From contig NC_042999.1 of the NCBI RefSeq assembly GCF_006345805.1, forward strand, positions 22,196,001-22,260,000: a stretch of DNA of 64,000 nt, given 5' to 3'. The notes beneath the pieces are model-generated. The model made no database searches. It saw only the letters and a list, made by a program, of their open reading frames with translations, and had not been told where the DNA came from. Source of the stretch: Octopus sinensis (lineage: Eukaryota). Positions 35,411-47,104 of the stretch are shown here, in pieces. The position numbers and the translations under genes are program-made. Every line of letters begins with the position of its first letter. The first letter of the stretch is position 1.

Positions 35411-35716
35411 AATAAGGTTCTATATTTAAGAGTTGAGGAATTGTGTACATTATTTACATTATTTACATTTAACGGATATGCTCACGGGCATATGGCGTAG
35501 TAGTTAAGAGCGCGGGCTACTAACCCCAATATTCCTAGTTCGATTTCAGGCAGTGACCTGAACAACAACAACAACAACATCGAAAAATACCTTAGGAATG
35601 AGAACACAGGTTCGAAATTTCCCCAAGACACTTGATGAAGGCTGGGCGGTTTATCAGCCGAAACGTTGTGTTAACAAACAAGATGAGGACAAATATCCGT
35701 CAAATGTATATAATGT
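35411..35716 (+). mobile_element. Composite tRNA-head SINE carrying a hammerhead ribozyme, with an inverted copy of its 3' end in front and a 12-bp TSD
   Basis: TSD AAAAATTCAGAT at 35399-35410 and 35717-35728; A-box 35493-35503; B-box 35537-35547; hammerhead 35628-35671; inverted arms 35453-35479 / 35693-35719. Confidence 0.75.
35628..35671 (+). ncRNA. Candidate minimal type I hammerhead ribozyme (C3U in this copy)
   Basis: ACAC-TTGATGA-A-GGCTG-ggcggtttat-CAGCC-GAAA-CG-T-T^-GTGT. Confidence 0.65.
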
Positions 35717-35789
35717 AAAAATTCAGATTATTAATGAGATGAATCCAAAAGTCCACTTGTATTGAAATACCTTACATTTGAAAATACAT

Positions 35790-36900
35790 TTTACCTGTCT
35801 TTAGGGCTTTGGGGATTTTCATCAAGTTCTAGATGTTTTCGTTCCTTTGTCTTATGGCTTAATCTGTTGAAGAAATGTAATATTCATAATCTACTTTCAA
35901 AGCTCCCAAGGTGAGATAAGGAAGGGAACAACGAAAAGTAACTCTCAGACCAAAGATCTACCTTGAAGGACTGCACCCGATTGCTCTCCTCTGAAGCCCT
36001 TATCGCCCAGGTAGTGCTACAAACTGGTCTCTGCTAAAACCCTTTATATGGCAGGTAGAGGAGTTTAATCGTAGTGTAATAAATAGTTTTCTGTTAAAAT
36101 GATTATCAGCTAGGTAGCGGGATTTTTGCAGGTGTTCGTGATGTGTTAAATCTCTGTATAAATGCACAATAATGTTTAAGCATAAATTGTTTATGGTTCT
36201 TGCATAATCCACTTTTGTTTTTTTTTTTTGGGGGGGGGTCTCTAGTTTCAACTCAGAGCTGTGGCCATGCTGATGCACCGCCGTTTTACTACACTGTTAT
36301 TACTAAGAGCATCCTCTAGTATGTGGCACTTAGTAAAGCATGGAGTTTGATATAGCTACTCTCATTTGCACCTTTTGCCGTGAAGTAGGTTCATCTGGGA
36401 CTCTCGACAGGAAGAGGTCCAGCTTTGATTTAAAAACCACTACATCTACTTTGTGCAAGTTCCTCAGACTCTTTGGGAGAATATCAAAAAGCTGTGGGCC
36501 CTTGAAACCCAGGCTGCTGCAGCAACTGGTCCTGAAACGTGATGGCATTGCTGGGACGTTTGGCACTATGCAGTGTCGTCCCGTTCTGGCATTGGTGTAG
36601 CTTTCAATGCCAAACTTTTGCACAATTCCTTCCAGGATCTTCCAGATATATATTACTGCATTTTAGACTGAAAGAACTGCTATACCTGTGACCCTTTAGA
36701 GGGCCTCTAGGACTAGTGGGGTGAGGGAATTAGGAAGGGATATATCATCACACCGGAGAAATGGTTCGATACTTGCAAATGCAGTCAACTCTGCTAAAGG
36801 CATCTAAATTGCCAGGTGAGGGATCAATTCTACCATCCAGAAGGTTTATTTAGTCGAAATCTGAAGGTAATTTGGCAGCTCACTGTGTAATTAATTTTGT
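35790..36900 (-). pseudogene. Old decayed CR1-like RT region interrupted by a younger CR1 3' fragment
   Basis: ISL..SLTPLVLEAL*RV (RPISLT-like) at about 36690-36770 and GAVLQGRSLV*ELLFVV (SGVPQG..LGPLLF-like) at about 35940-35990. Confidence 0.45.
36241..36660 (-). mobile_element. CR1-clade LINE 3' fragment (same family as 12747-13345)
   Basis: ORF 36330-36623 FGIESYTNARTGRHC...GPQLFDILPKSLRNLH...FKSKLDLFLSRVPDEP; tail ggcggtgcatcagcatggccacagctctgagttgaaactaga. Confidence 0.85.
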
Positions 36901-36976
36901 GTTAATCTGGTCAAAATGCCAAGTATTAGTACGTTTTTATCGGACCTAGAAAAATGGGACACAAAGTCGGCCTCAA

Positions 36977-37432
36977 AGGTTTTTTTTTCTGCCCTTTTCG
37001 AGCCTAGCCAGGCTCATGGACCCGGTTTCCCGGTTTCTGTGGCGTATGTGTTCCACCCAGCTGGACGGGACGCCAGTCCATCGCAGCGTTACTCAAGAAA
37101 CAGGAAGAGAGAGTGAGAGAAGTTGAGGCGAAAGAGTAGCTTGATATAGCTACCCTCATTTGCACCTCTTACCGTCAGGTAGGTTCATCTGGGACTCACT
37201 ACAGGAAGTGGTCCAGCTTTGATTTTAAAACCCCTATATCTGTTTTGTGCAAGTTCTTCAGTAGATCATGAATATTAAACAACAGGGGTCGCCACCACCC
37301 CCTGCCGGAGCCCCGTGGAGCTTTTAGGTGTTTTCGCTCAATAAACACTCACAACGCCCGGTCTGGGAATCGAAACCGCAATCCTCCGACCGCGAGTCCG
37401 CTGCCCTAACCACTGGGCCATTGCGCCTCCAC
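36977..37432 (-). mobile_element. SINE-C copy containing an inserted CR1 internal fragment (37139-37277)
   Basis: SINE-C body split between aaagagta and caacagggg; TSD (c)ggcctcaa at 36968-36976 and 37432-37440. Confidence 0.85.
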
Positions 37433-38329
37433 GGCCTCAACAGTACTTGAACTCAAAGCACAGAGAGAAGAACGGGTGCAGCAAAATATATATGCCTAAC
37501 GCTTTAACGACTCTACCAATGAGAGCTGTTGTCACTCCGGTGTATTGTAACTATTTATATAACGGCTACTCATACTTCGAACTATTTAATTAGTATCTAA
37601 CTTTAAATACACTATGATAGACAAAAACTCTTGAGAGAGATTTTAGTTATAATTAAATTCAAATACATTCACATTTGAGATTTCTTGTCTTCAGGTTTGT
37701 TCTATATCTACCTTTGTATTTGAGCGTAAATATTTAGCAACCGTGAAACGCGTGAAAAGTTTTGCAACAAAGTATTCGCTGATTCATTTGTTTATGTATT
37801 TAGGCTAAAATATACGGAATGTTTAGATACTTTGGGAGAAGTACGTATCTACTCTTATCTCAATTCCGTATCTCAATTCTTCATGAAATGGCTTATTAAC
37901 TTCTTGATAATTGCATATGCTTCGATAATCAACTCACTCCTGTAGTAGATATGTAGATGTGTATTAAAATGCATTTACATATGTGTGTGGATCTGTGTGT
38001 ATCTGCGTAGGTGTGTGTGTATGTGTGTGTAGTAATACATATTGGTCGATGACCTCTTGACTTCGCCGTTCCTGCTCTCAGGGTGAGGGGAAACGGCGGA
38101 TGTGCGCAGCCATGTTTATATACATGTGTTAACTTATGAAGTCCAATGTATGTGCGTATATGCATATTTGCATCTACTTATATGTGTGTGCGTTTGTGTA
38201 TATACACATAGTACAAGTGTACGAATATATACAAGTGAATATATATATAAAAACAGTACTTGGAGAAGAAGAAACGAAACGAAACGATCGAATCGAATCG
38301 ACGCGAGGGCGCTCAGTCATACAATAGTG

Positions 38330-38452
38330 TAATAAATAAAATATATGCATACATACATACATATATGTACGTACCTACATCTACATGTATATATACATGC
38401 ATATATAAATATATATATAATAATATATATATATATATATACACAATAGATT

Positions 38453-38498
<46 letters not shown>

Positions 38499-38552
38499 TT
38501 ATAGATAGATACACACATACATACACATCTGTATCGCGTATTGATATACGTA

Positions 38553-38593
<41 letters not shown>

Positions 38594-38760
38594 GTGTACA
38601 TATACACAAAGTGTATATGTGTATGTGTGTGTGTATATATGTACACACACACAATATATATATATATATATATATCTTATATATATATATATATAATATA
38701 TAATATACACACATACACATATATGTGTGTGTGCGGTGTAAGTATGTATATACACACACG
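38330..38760. repeat. Compound TA/GATA/TG microsatellite field
   Basis: Direct reading. Confidence 0.9.
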
Positions 38761-39235
38761 CACAGAGAAAGTACTTGCTCGAAAATTAAGAACGCAACAC
38801 GATAAATACATACACACATACTCACAGCAACCAACACATATGCACACGTGCACATTACACTCACACACTACACGTCCCACACTAGCAGTACACACACACA
38901 CACATACAGTTACCACTCCTGTTAGTCTTTTTACTATGAAACTTCATTTCATCAAGTCTCTTCCGGTCATTCGAACTCTGCAAATTTGCAGCGTTATTCA
39001 ACAGAAATCTATACAAATTTTACTACCGCACCTGCTCTGCTTTCTTTCGTTTAAACAATCTAACTTTCTCAAGAAGACCTTTAGCTCGAAATCACTAACG
39101 TCCTTCTACGTTCATATTTCTTCACTGTGCGTCAAATTAATAATTATAACTTTGCCGTTTCACTCGTCGTAAATTTCTAATATATGAATGTGTGTTTGTG
39201 TATGCACAATCCATGCAACTTTTTTATGTATACGC

Positions 39236-39660
39236 ATAGGCGCAGGAGTGGCTGTGTGGTAAGTAGCTTGCTAACCAACACTGGTTCCGGGTTCAAGTCC
39301 CACTGCGGGCATCTTGGGCAAGTGTCTTCTGCTATAGCCCCGGGCCGACCAATGCCTTGTGAGTGGATTTGGGTAGACGGAAACTGAAAGAAGCCTGTCG
39401 TATATATGTAGTATATTATATATATAATATATAGTATGTTGTGTGTGTGTGTGTGTTTGTGTGTCTGTGTTGTCCCCCTAGCATTGCTTGACGACCGATG
39501 CTGGTGTGTTACGTCCCCGTCACTTAGCGGTTCGGCAAAAGAGACCGATAGAATAAGTACTGGGCTACAAAGAATAAGTCCCGGGTCGATTTGCTCGACT
39601 AAAGGCGGTGCTCCAGCATGGCCGCAGTCAAATGACTGAACAAGTAAAAGAGAAAGAGAA
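39236..39660 (+). mobile_element. SINE-A copy
   Basis: Full-length, near consensus. Confidence 0.92.
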
Positions 39661-39667
39661 AGAGATA

Positions 39668-39895
39668 TATGTGTGTTTGTGTGTGCGTGTGTGTTTGTGT
39701 GTTCGTGTGTGTTTGTGTGTGCGTGTGTGTTTGTGTGTGCGTGTGTGTTTGTGTGTTCGTGTGTGTTTCTGTGTTCGTGTGTGTTTCTGTGTGCGTGGTG
39801 TTTGTGTGTGCGTGTGTGTTTCTGTGTGCGTGGTGTTTGTGTGTGCGTGTGTGTTTGTGTGTTCGTGTGTGTTTGTGTGTGTGCGTGTGTGTTTC
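39668..39895. repeat. TG-based 14-mer minisatellite (gtgtgtttgtgtgc/ttc)
   Basis: Periodic cgtgtgtgtttgtgtg units. Confidence 0.8.
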
Positions 39896-40155
39896 TGCAA
39901 GTTTACATAAAAATGTGTACATTTACATGTATACGTGGATATGTTTTTCTGTATACAATTCACAATAATGACATTTATTACTTTTATTCCTACCTCAGTT
40001 CATCTAACTATATATATATCGTTACTTTTCATAAAAGTCCTTTACTTCTTTTGATTTCAATCTGCATTTTCGCTTATTTTTCTTCTTTACTTTCCCCTTA
40101 TATTTCCACATGTGGTTTCTATTTTCTTTTTGCAGCATATCTCTATCATATATAC

Positions 40156-40212
<57 letters not shown>

Positions 40213-40251
40213 TGTGTGTGTGTGTGTGTGTGTATAAATATATATATATGA

Positions 40252-40908
40252 AAAGCAAAGTCGACCTCGGCGGAATTTGAACTCAGAACGTAGCGGCAGA
40301 CGAAATACCTATTTCTTTACTACCCACAAGGGGCTAAACACAGAGGGGTCATACAAGGACAGACAAACGGATTAAGTCGATTACATCGACCCCAGTGCGT
40401 AACTGGTACTTAATTTATCGACCCCGCAAGGATGAAAGGCAAAGTCCATCTCGGCGGAATTTGATCTCAGAACATAAAGACAGACGAAATACCAATTTCT
40501 TTACTACCCACAAGGGGCTAAACACAGAGGGGACAAACAAGGAGAGACACACGGTTTAATTCGATTATATCGACCCCAGCGCGTAACTGGTACTTATTTA
40601 ATCGACCCCGAAATGATGAAAGGCAAAGTCGACCTCAGCGGAATTTGAACTCAGAATGTAGCGGCAGACGAAATACCTATTTCTTTACTACCCACAAGGG
40701 GCTAAACACAGAGGGGACAAACAAGGACAGACAAAGGGATTAAGTCGATTATACCGACACCAGTGCGTAACTGGTACTTATTTAATCGACCCCGAAAGGA
40801 TGAAAGGCAAAGTCGACCTCGGCGAAATTTGAACTCAGAACGTAGCGGCAGACGAAATACCGCTAAGAATTTCGCCCGACGTGCTAACGTTTATGCCAGC
40901 TCGCCGCC
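40252..40908 (-). mobile_element. SINE-B tetramer (last unit truncated by a microsatellite)
   Basis: One head at 40908 plus repeated ~182-bp units joined at aaagaaata|ggtatttcg. Confidence 0.9.
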
Positions 40909-41209
40909 TATTTTGCTTCACTTTGGTTCTGCCAGCACGTTTAATTTCTACCACATAAACTCACTTGCACGATCACACACTCATTCTCAGAAACGAAAAT
41001 GTAGATGGTCGAGGATGAATTGTGAGCCAAACAACACTTCCTATCATTTAAAAAGGATAGCGATGTGTTCGTGACCAGAATTTTTATTTCTCAAATTGAA
41101 AATAAAAGCAGCAGATAGCAAACTTCACAGTAATAAGCATTTGCGATACTGAGAAAAGTAGTAGCAACTTGACTTACTGTGATGAGTTTATTTTATCTGA
41201 GGAATTACA

Positions 41210-41448
41210 ACCGTGTTTCGTGGTCTGCTACCACAACAGCTCCTTTATAGGATCCAGTTAGCTCAAGATTTCATCAGGAGGAACCACATCCGATTTCGGC
41301 CCCTACTCCTCTACCGTTTTGACGTGGCAGCCCCTCCCCTCCTTTCGGAGGTGTCTTCAGCTCTGGTGTTGGGTGCATGTCTTCTTTCTTCTGTTCCCTG
41401 GCCTCTTCGATGTATCGTCAGCGAGCGTCAGCCGGTGACTGACTGACT
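41210..41448 (-). mobile_element. 5' fragment of a putative LINE (5' UTR and start of ORF1-like sequence)
   Basis: Starts at (CAGT)n, homologous to 35011-35124; continues into VVPPDEILS*LDPIKELLW. Confidence 0.5.
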
Positions 41449-41984
41449 TGTCAAATTTTTCCTTAGTCAAATTTCTCCCATTAAAAAAAAGACATATAAA
41501 CTGATAATGTTATAACTATGCCAATACACTGTTGCATCTCTTTCGCTTTTCTTTGTCAAAGAATACATTTAGTTGTGATAGATTGCTTGTTGTAAATCGT
41601 AATATGGCAGCTGAACAGTTTTCGATAAATTGTGAAAGCCACGCCTCTCTAGGAATTGTGTCATGCTTTTTGTATCTTCACTAAACGTTCTGAAGATTTC
41701 CGGGGATGGTGGTTTGGTTAGGAATCTCGAATTGCAATCGCTTTGTTTCAAGTTCACTCCCACTCACAGCATCAAGAGTAAATGTCTTCTGTTATAGCTC
41801 CCGAGCCGAATAGTGGTTTTGGGATGAATTTAATCAAGGGAAACTGTTGAAGCTTTTTACACATATATATAGAGAGAGATTTTGCCGTTCGGTTCAACAA
41901 ATTATATTTTTGATACACTTCACTGATGATTCGAAAATACTTATGTAAGTAAAACTACATAATCTATTAACGATGAAACAATTG

Positions 41985-42250
41985 TATGGAGTTAATCTAT
42001 TCTTTCGTTATTTTTCATTTGTCCTGCTCGCTTACATTCTTGGCGTGTTGAATTAATTCTTGAGAACAATTTTTTAGTGGCAGTTTCCCTTTGCGGATCT
42101 ATTTCTAGCGTTAGAGTGACCACATGGTGGACTCTCTCTTATTATTTGTATTAATAATTTTTACTGTATTCCAGTTTTTTTTATACGCTAGACCACTTGG
42201 TGTTTTAAATTGAAGTTATTAATTAATATTCAATTTTTGTCGCCCTTATT
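41985..42250. mobile_element. Repeat family K (Penelope-like end?), homologous to 50440-50700
   Basis: 41985-42110 is the reverse complement of 50450-50590; 42175-42245 matches 50612-50690 directly. Confidence 0.55.
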
Positions 42251-42260
42251 ATGATTCTCT

Positions 42261-42672
42261 TTCTCTTTCTCTTTTACTTGTTTCAGTCATTTGACTGCAG
42301 CCATGCTGGAGCACCGCCTTTAATCGAGCAACTCGACCCCGGGACTTATTCTTTGTAAGCCCAGTACTTATTCTATCGGTCTCTTTTTTGCCGAACCGCT
42401 AAGTGACGGGGACGTAAATACACCAGCATCGGTTGTCAAGCGATGCTAGAGGGACAAACACAGACACACAAACACATACACATACATATATATATACATA
42501 TATACGACAGGCTTCTTTCAGTTTCCGTTTACCAAATCCACTCACAAGGCATTGGTCGGCCCGGGGCTATAGCAGAAGACACTTGCCCAAGATGCCACGC
42601 AGTGGGACTTGAACCCGGAACCATGTGGTTGGTTAGCAAGCTACTTACCACACAGCCACTCCTGCGCCTATA
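42261..42672 (-). mobile_element. SINE-A copy
   Basis: Full-length, near consensus. Confidence 0.92.
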
Positions 42673-42680
42673 TATGATTA

Positions 42681-42739
<59 letters not shown>

Positions 42740-42744
42740 GTAAG

Positions 42745-43700
42745 CAACGTAAGTACCATTACAATCAACGCACTTTTGCCAACGAGTTATAAGTTTGTTT
42801 ATTCCGGTAAAATAAAAACATAGACTTCCGGAGCTGATTAACTCTCTAATGCACTTTCAGCATCGGTTTGATTTTTGAACTCCTTCTCTCGTAGGATACA
42901 ATCAAGGTGCTTGAAAAAATGGTAGTCGGTAGGAGAAAGGTCGTAGCCAAGTTCCCTAGATTTCTGGAGCGTCATTAGTGAAACCTGTGGTCGAGCATCA
43001 TCATGAAGAATGGTTGGCCCTCTTCTGTTGACCAGTCTGAGACGGAGGAGTAGCAGTTTTTCGTTCATTTTGGCAATTTTATGGCAATGTTTCTCCAGTA
43101 ATGGTTTTTCCGGGTTTTAGGAATTTATAGTGGATGAGTCCAGCAGTACACCACCAAACAGTCACCATAAAATACTTTTTAAAGAGCTCGGGTTTAGGGA
43201 AGGTTTTCTGTGCTTCCTTTTGGTCCAACCGCTACAAAGAACGTTTTTTTTATTATTATACAGAATCCACTTCTAATCGCAAGTTGCAATACGGTCGAGA
43301 AATGGATCAGTCTGGAGAAGAAGCAATTTTTTGAACATTTTTGGTTTTCCGATCGCATGAATATGGTTGCAGGCAGTTTTCTGGCTAACTTAAAGCTCTT
43401 TTGTCAGTTCGCGATTGGTTTTACGTAGATCTTTCTCATTGACGGTCTTTAATTGACCGTCATCGATCACAGATGGTCGTCCACTACGCTCACGATCTTC
43501 AAGGCTCAGGTCTCCGCTGTGAAATCGTTTAAACCATTTTCGAGCTGACCTCTCCCTAGTCATTTCCGTATCAAATGTTTCTTTGATATTACGAGCAGTT
43601 TCAGCTGCTTTACATCCCTTTTGAAATTTGAATAGCAAAATTGCTCGAATATCGCACATTGACAGTCCCATTTCAGATGATTGTAACAACGACGAAAAAA
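42745..43700 (-). pseudogene. Decayed near-full-length mariner transposase
   Basis: N-terminal RAILLFKFQKGCKAAETARNI...WFKRFHSGDLSLEDRERSGRP (HTH); C-terminal ILHDDARP...DLSPTDYHFF...KLITRWQKCVDCNGTY; frameshifts present. Confidence 0.88.
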
Positions 43701-43721
43701 ATATCAATGTTAACTGATAAG

Positions 43722-43950
43722 GGCAAGGTTGTTTATGGAAGACCAGCAGTCACCCATGCATACCAGTCTCCCATCTCCATGCCACCGATGTTATCTAAGG
43801 GAAAGGCAAAGGCTGATACAGCTTCACACCAGTGATGTCGCAAATCATTTCTACAGCTGAGTGAACTGGAGCCACGTGAAATAAAGTGCCTTGCTGAAAA
43901 AGAAAACACAGAAATCGAACTCACAACCACATGATGGTAAGCCCGAGAGG
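43722..43950 (-). mobile_element. SINE-E partial copy
   Basis: Matches 24270-24500. Confidence 0.8.
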
Positions 43951-44642
43951 CTTCCTAGAGGATGTCCAATAATGTTGAAACGTGCCTGTTGCTTTCAACA
44001 GTTTGCTTTAAATATATCCACTACCGCACTGGAATTTCAACACATTTATAGAAATTCGATTATCACTTTTATTACAGCTATGTAATAAAAGTTTAAGCAC
44101 TTTTATTACTTAAACTGCGTTTAAAGTTTAAGCACTCCTACAGCTTCTTTTAGTTTACTAATTATATGGGCAATCATAATTAATCGTTATATTACATCCA
44201 TAAAACACTGTCGATTTTTTACTTAGTTTATAGAGGTCGCCTCTCAAGTAGTTTTTTTTCAATGATATTTTTGTTATTAACGATTTTATTGTTTGCACAT
44301 TACGTTTTATTATCTGACAATTACAATTTTCCAAACGTATTATATTTCTTGCACTGAAGGAAATCCTTCCATTTTATTCCCTGTAGAAGAATTTCCAGGT
44401 TTATTTTCCCATTTATAAATCTTTGAATGTAAATAATTAGAAAGTTGCTTTAAAAGTTCGAGTGAATAACCTTTTATACAATTCATCTCCAAAAGAATTT
44501 GTTATACATCTTTGTGCCATTACAGTTAAGTTCTCTTACTATATTTCTTATTCTCTGCTAATATACAAATTAGTGAGTATAAAGTTTAGGAGCGAATCGT
44601 GTACAAATCCAGGCCTTCATACTATATGTAAAATGATAAAAT

Positions 44643-45221
44643 TTATTTATGCGTCCTTTTCAAGCCTAGCCAGGCTCATGGGCCCGGTTTCTATGGCGTA
44701 TGTGTTCTCCCCAGTTGGACGGGACGCCAGTCCATCGCAGCGTTACTCAAGAAACAGGAAGAAAGAGTGAGAGAAAGTTGGGGCGAAAGAGTACAACAGG
44801 GGTCGCCTCGTGGAGCTGTAGGTGTTTTCGCTCAATAAACACACACAACGCCCGGTCTGGGAATCGAAACCGCGAGTACTCAAGAAACAGGAAGAAAAAT
44901 GAAAGTTGGGGCGAAAGAGTACAACTAGGGTTGTCACCACCCCCTGCCGGAGCATCGTGGAGCTTTAGGTGTTTTTGCTCAATAAACACACACAACGCCC
45001 GGTCTGGGAATCGAAACCGCGAGTACTCAAGAAACAGGAAGAAAGAATGAAAGTTGGGGCGAAAGAGTACAACTAGGGTTGTCACCACCCCCTGCCGGAA
45101 CCTCGTGGAGCTTTAGGTGTTTTCGCTCAATAAACACACACAACGCCCGGTCTGGGATTCGTAACCGCGATCCTCCAACCGCGAGTCCGCTGCCCTAAAC
45201 ACTGGGCCATTGCGCCTCCAC
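44643..45221 (-). mobile_element. SINE-C with internal triplication of a ~130-bp segment and 13-bp TSD
   Basis: Three repeats joined at gaaaccgcgag|tactcaag; AAAATGATAAAAT at 44630-44642 and 45222-45234. Confidence 0.9.
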
Positions 45222-45708
45222 AAAATGATAAAATATAAAGAGAATATTAGGGACACAGACGAAATAAAATAATACCAAATGCCGTTGAAATTACTTTGTA
45301 ATCTATTGTATATTTTAAATAGATTGAAATGCTGAAAAAGAAAGCATCTCAGATTTGGTGAGAAATCTTGCACAGCACAGGATATCGAGTGGCTTGTGTA
45401 AATTCATATCTCATTATTCCATATTTGCATCAGGGACACGTTCACGAAATCATACATACACACATGCTTGTATGAATATATAAAACATCGTTTTGAATGT
45501 GAATCTGTAAGCGTATGTGCATATATGTTACTGTGTGGAAATGCATGAATGTATGTATGCTTTGTGTCTAGAAACAGACATATACATAGAAATTCACGGA
45601 GAAACCTTGTTAAATAACGAATTACTATGTTTCATGTCAAAAACCAACAGGAGATTAAGTCGTCGCAATACGAACATAACAAAGTATTTAATATTTACAC
45701 AAACATAA

Positions 45709-46330
45709 GGCGGCGAGGTGGCAGAAACGTTAGCACTCCGGGTGTAATGCTTAGCGGCATTTCGTCTGCCGTTAGATTCTGTGTTCAAATTCCGCCGAGG
45801 TCGGTTTTGCCTTTCATCCTTTCGTGGTTGATAAATTAAGTACCAGTTGCGTACTGAGGTAGATCTAATCGATTAATCCCCTTCCCCAAAATTTCAGGCC
45901 TTGTGCCTAAAATATAAGGCGGCGAGCTGGCAGAAACGTTAGCACATCGGGCGCAATGCTTTGCGATAGTTCGTTTGTCTTTACGTTCCGAGTTCAAATT
46001 CCGCCGAGGTTAGTTTTGCCTTTCATCCTTTCGGGGTCGATTAAATAAGTACCAGTTACGCACTGGGATCGATACAATCGACTTAATCTGTTTGTCTGTC
46101 CTTGTTTATCCCTTCTATGTGTAGCCCCTTGTGGGCAATAAAGAAATAAGAAACGTTAGCATGCCGGGCGAAACGCTTTACAGTATTTCGTCTATCTTTA
46201 CATTCTGAGTTCAAATTCCGCCGATGTCGACTTTGCCTTTCATCCTTTCGGAGTCGATAAATTCAGTACCAGTTGCATACTGGCGTTGATCTAATCGACT
46301 GCCCTCCCTCCCCAAAAATTTCAGGCCATG
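45709..46330 (+). mobile_element. SINE-B cluster (three units, mixed tails)
   Basis: Copies at 45709-45912, 45915-46148 and 46149-46330. Confidence 0.9.
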
Positions 46331-46395
46331 TACGACACACACTCATACACCCACGGACAAACACACACACGCACATACCTACACTGTTGCATGAT

Positions 46396-46431
<36 letters not shown>

Positions 46432-46520
46432 GTTATTATCATAGTTATATACAATTATGTCAACTTTCTCTTCCTTCTTGAGTATGTATATGTGTATATA
46501 TATGCATATATTTACGTATG

Positions 46521-46560
<40 letters not shown>

Positions 46561-47104
46561 ATTATATATAAAACTATCCTATATCACGTCGCTCTCTCTC
46601 TCCCTTTATATTTATATGCATCCATACATATATGTAATTAATAAACTATAAAGAGAGTGAGCGGGCGAAATGAGGTGAAAGGACGGCAGACAAATAAACG
46701 CATACTTCGGTATTCAAAACACTCCCGTTATTAAAACGTCACCACGTTTGTTTCCATAACCTTGTAATACCAGTTTCTATTTGTTAATCCCAGTCCAATT
46801 AAAATAATACTACAACAACAGTAGCACGACGATGTCAGAATTTGAATGTTTGAGCTCTTTCTCTTCCACCTGTCTGTTCTATTTGAGTTAATCTGTTGAA
46901 AATTGTTATCTCTTCCGGTTTTACATAGAAAGCATAACATCTTGTTTTACATTAGAAAAAAAAAGACAGACACTATCATGTGGAATATTTTTTTAATGCC
47001 ACTCTCACACAGGTTTAGAGTAGCGGAATCACACACATACAAACACAGAGGAACGCATGCACATATACAAACTCATGCACGCACTCACACACACACATGC
47101 TTTC

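Noticed and set aside
35487-35556. Possible tRNA gene
   Set aside because: A and B boxes are present but the acceptor and anticodon stems do not pair fully; this and the other tRNA-like heads are SINE heads
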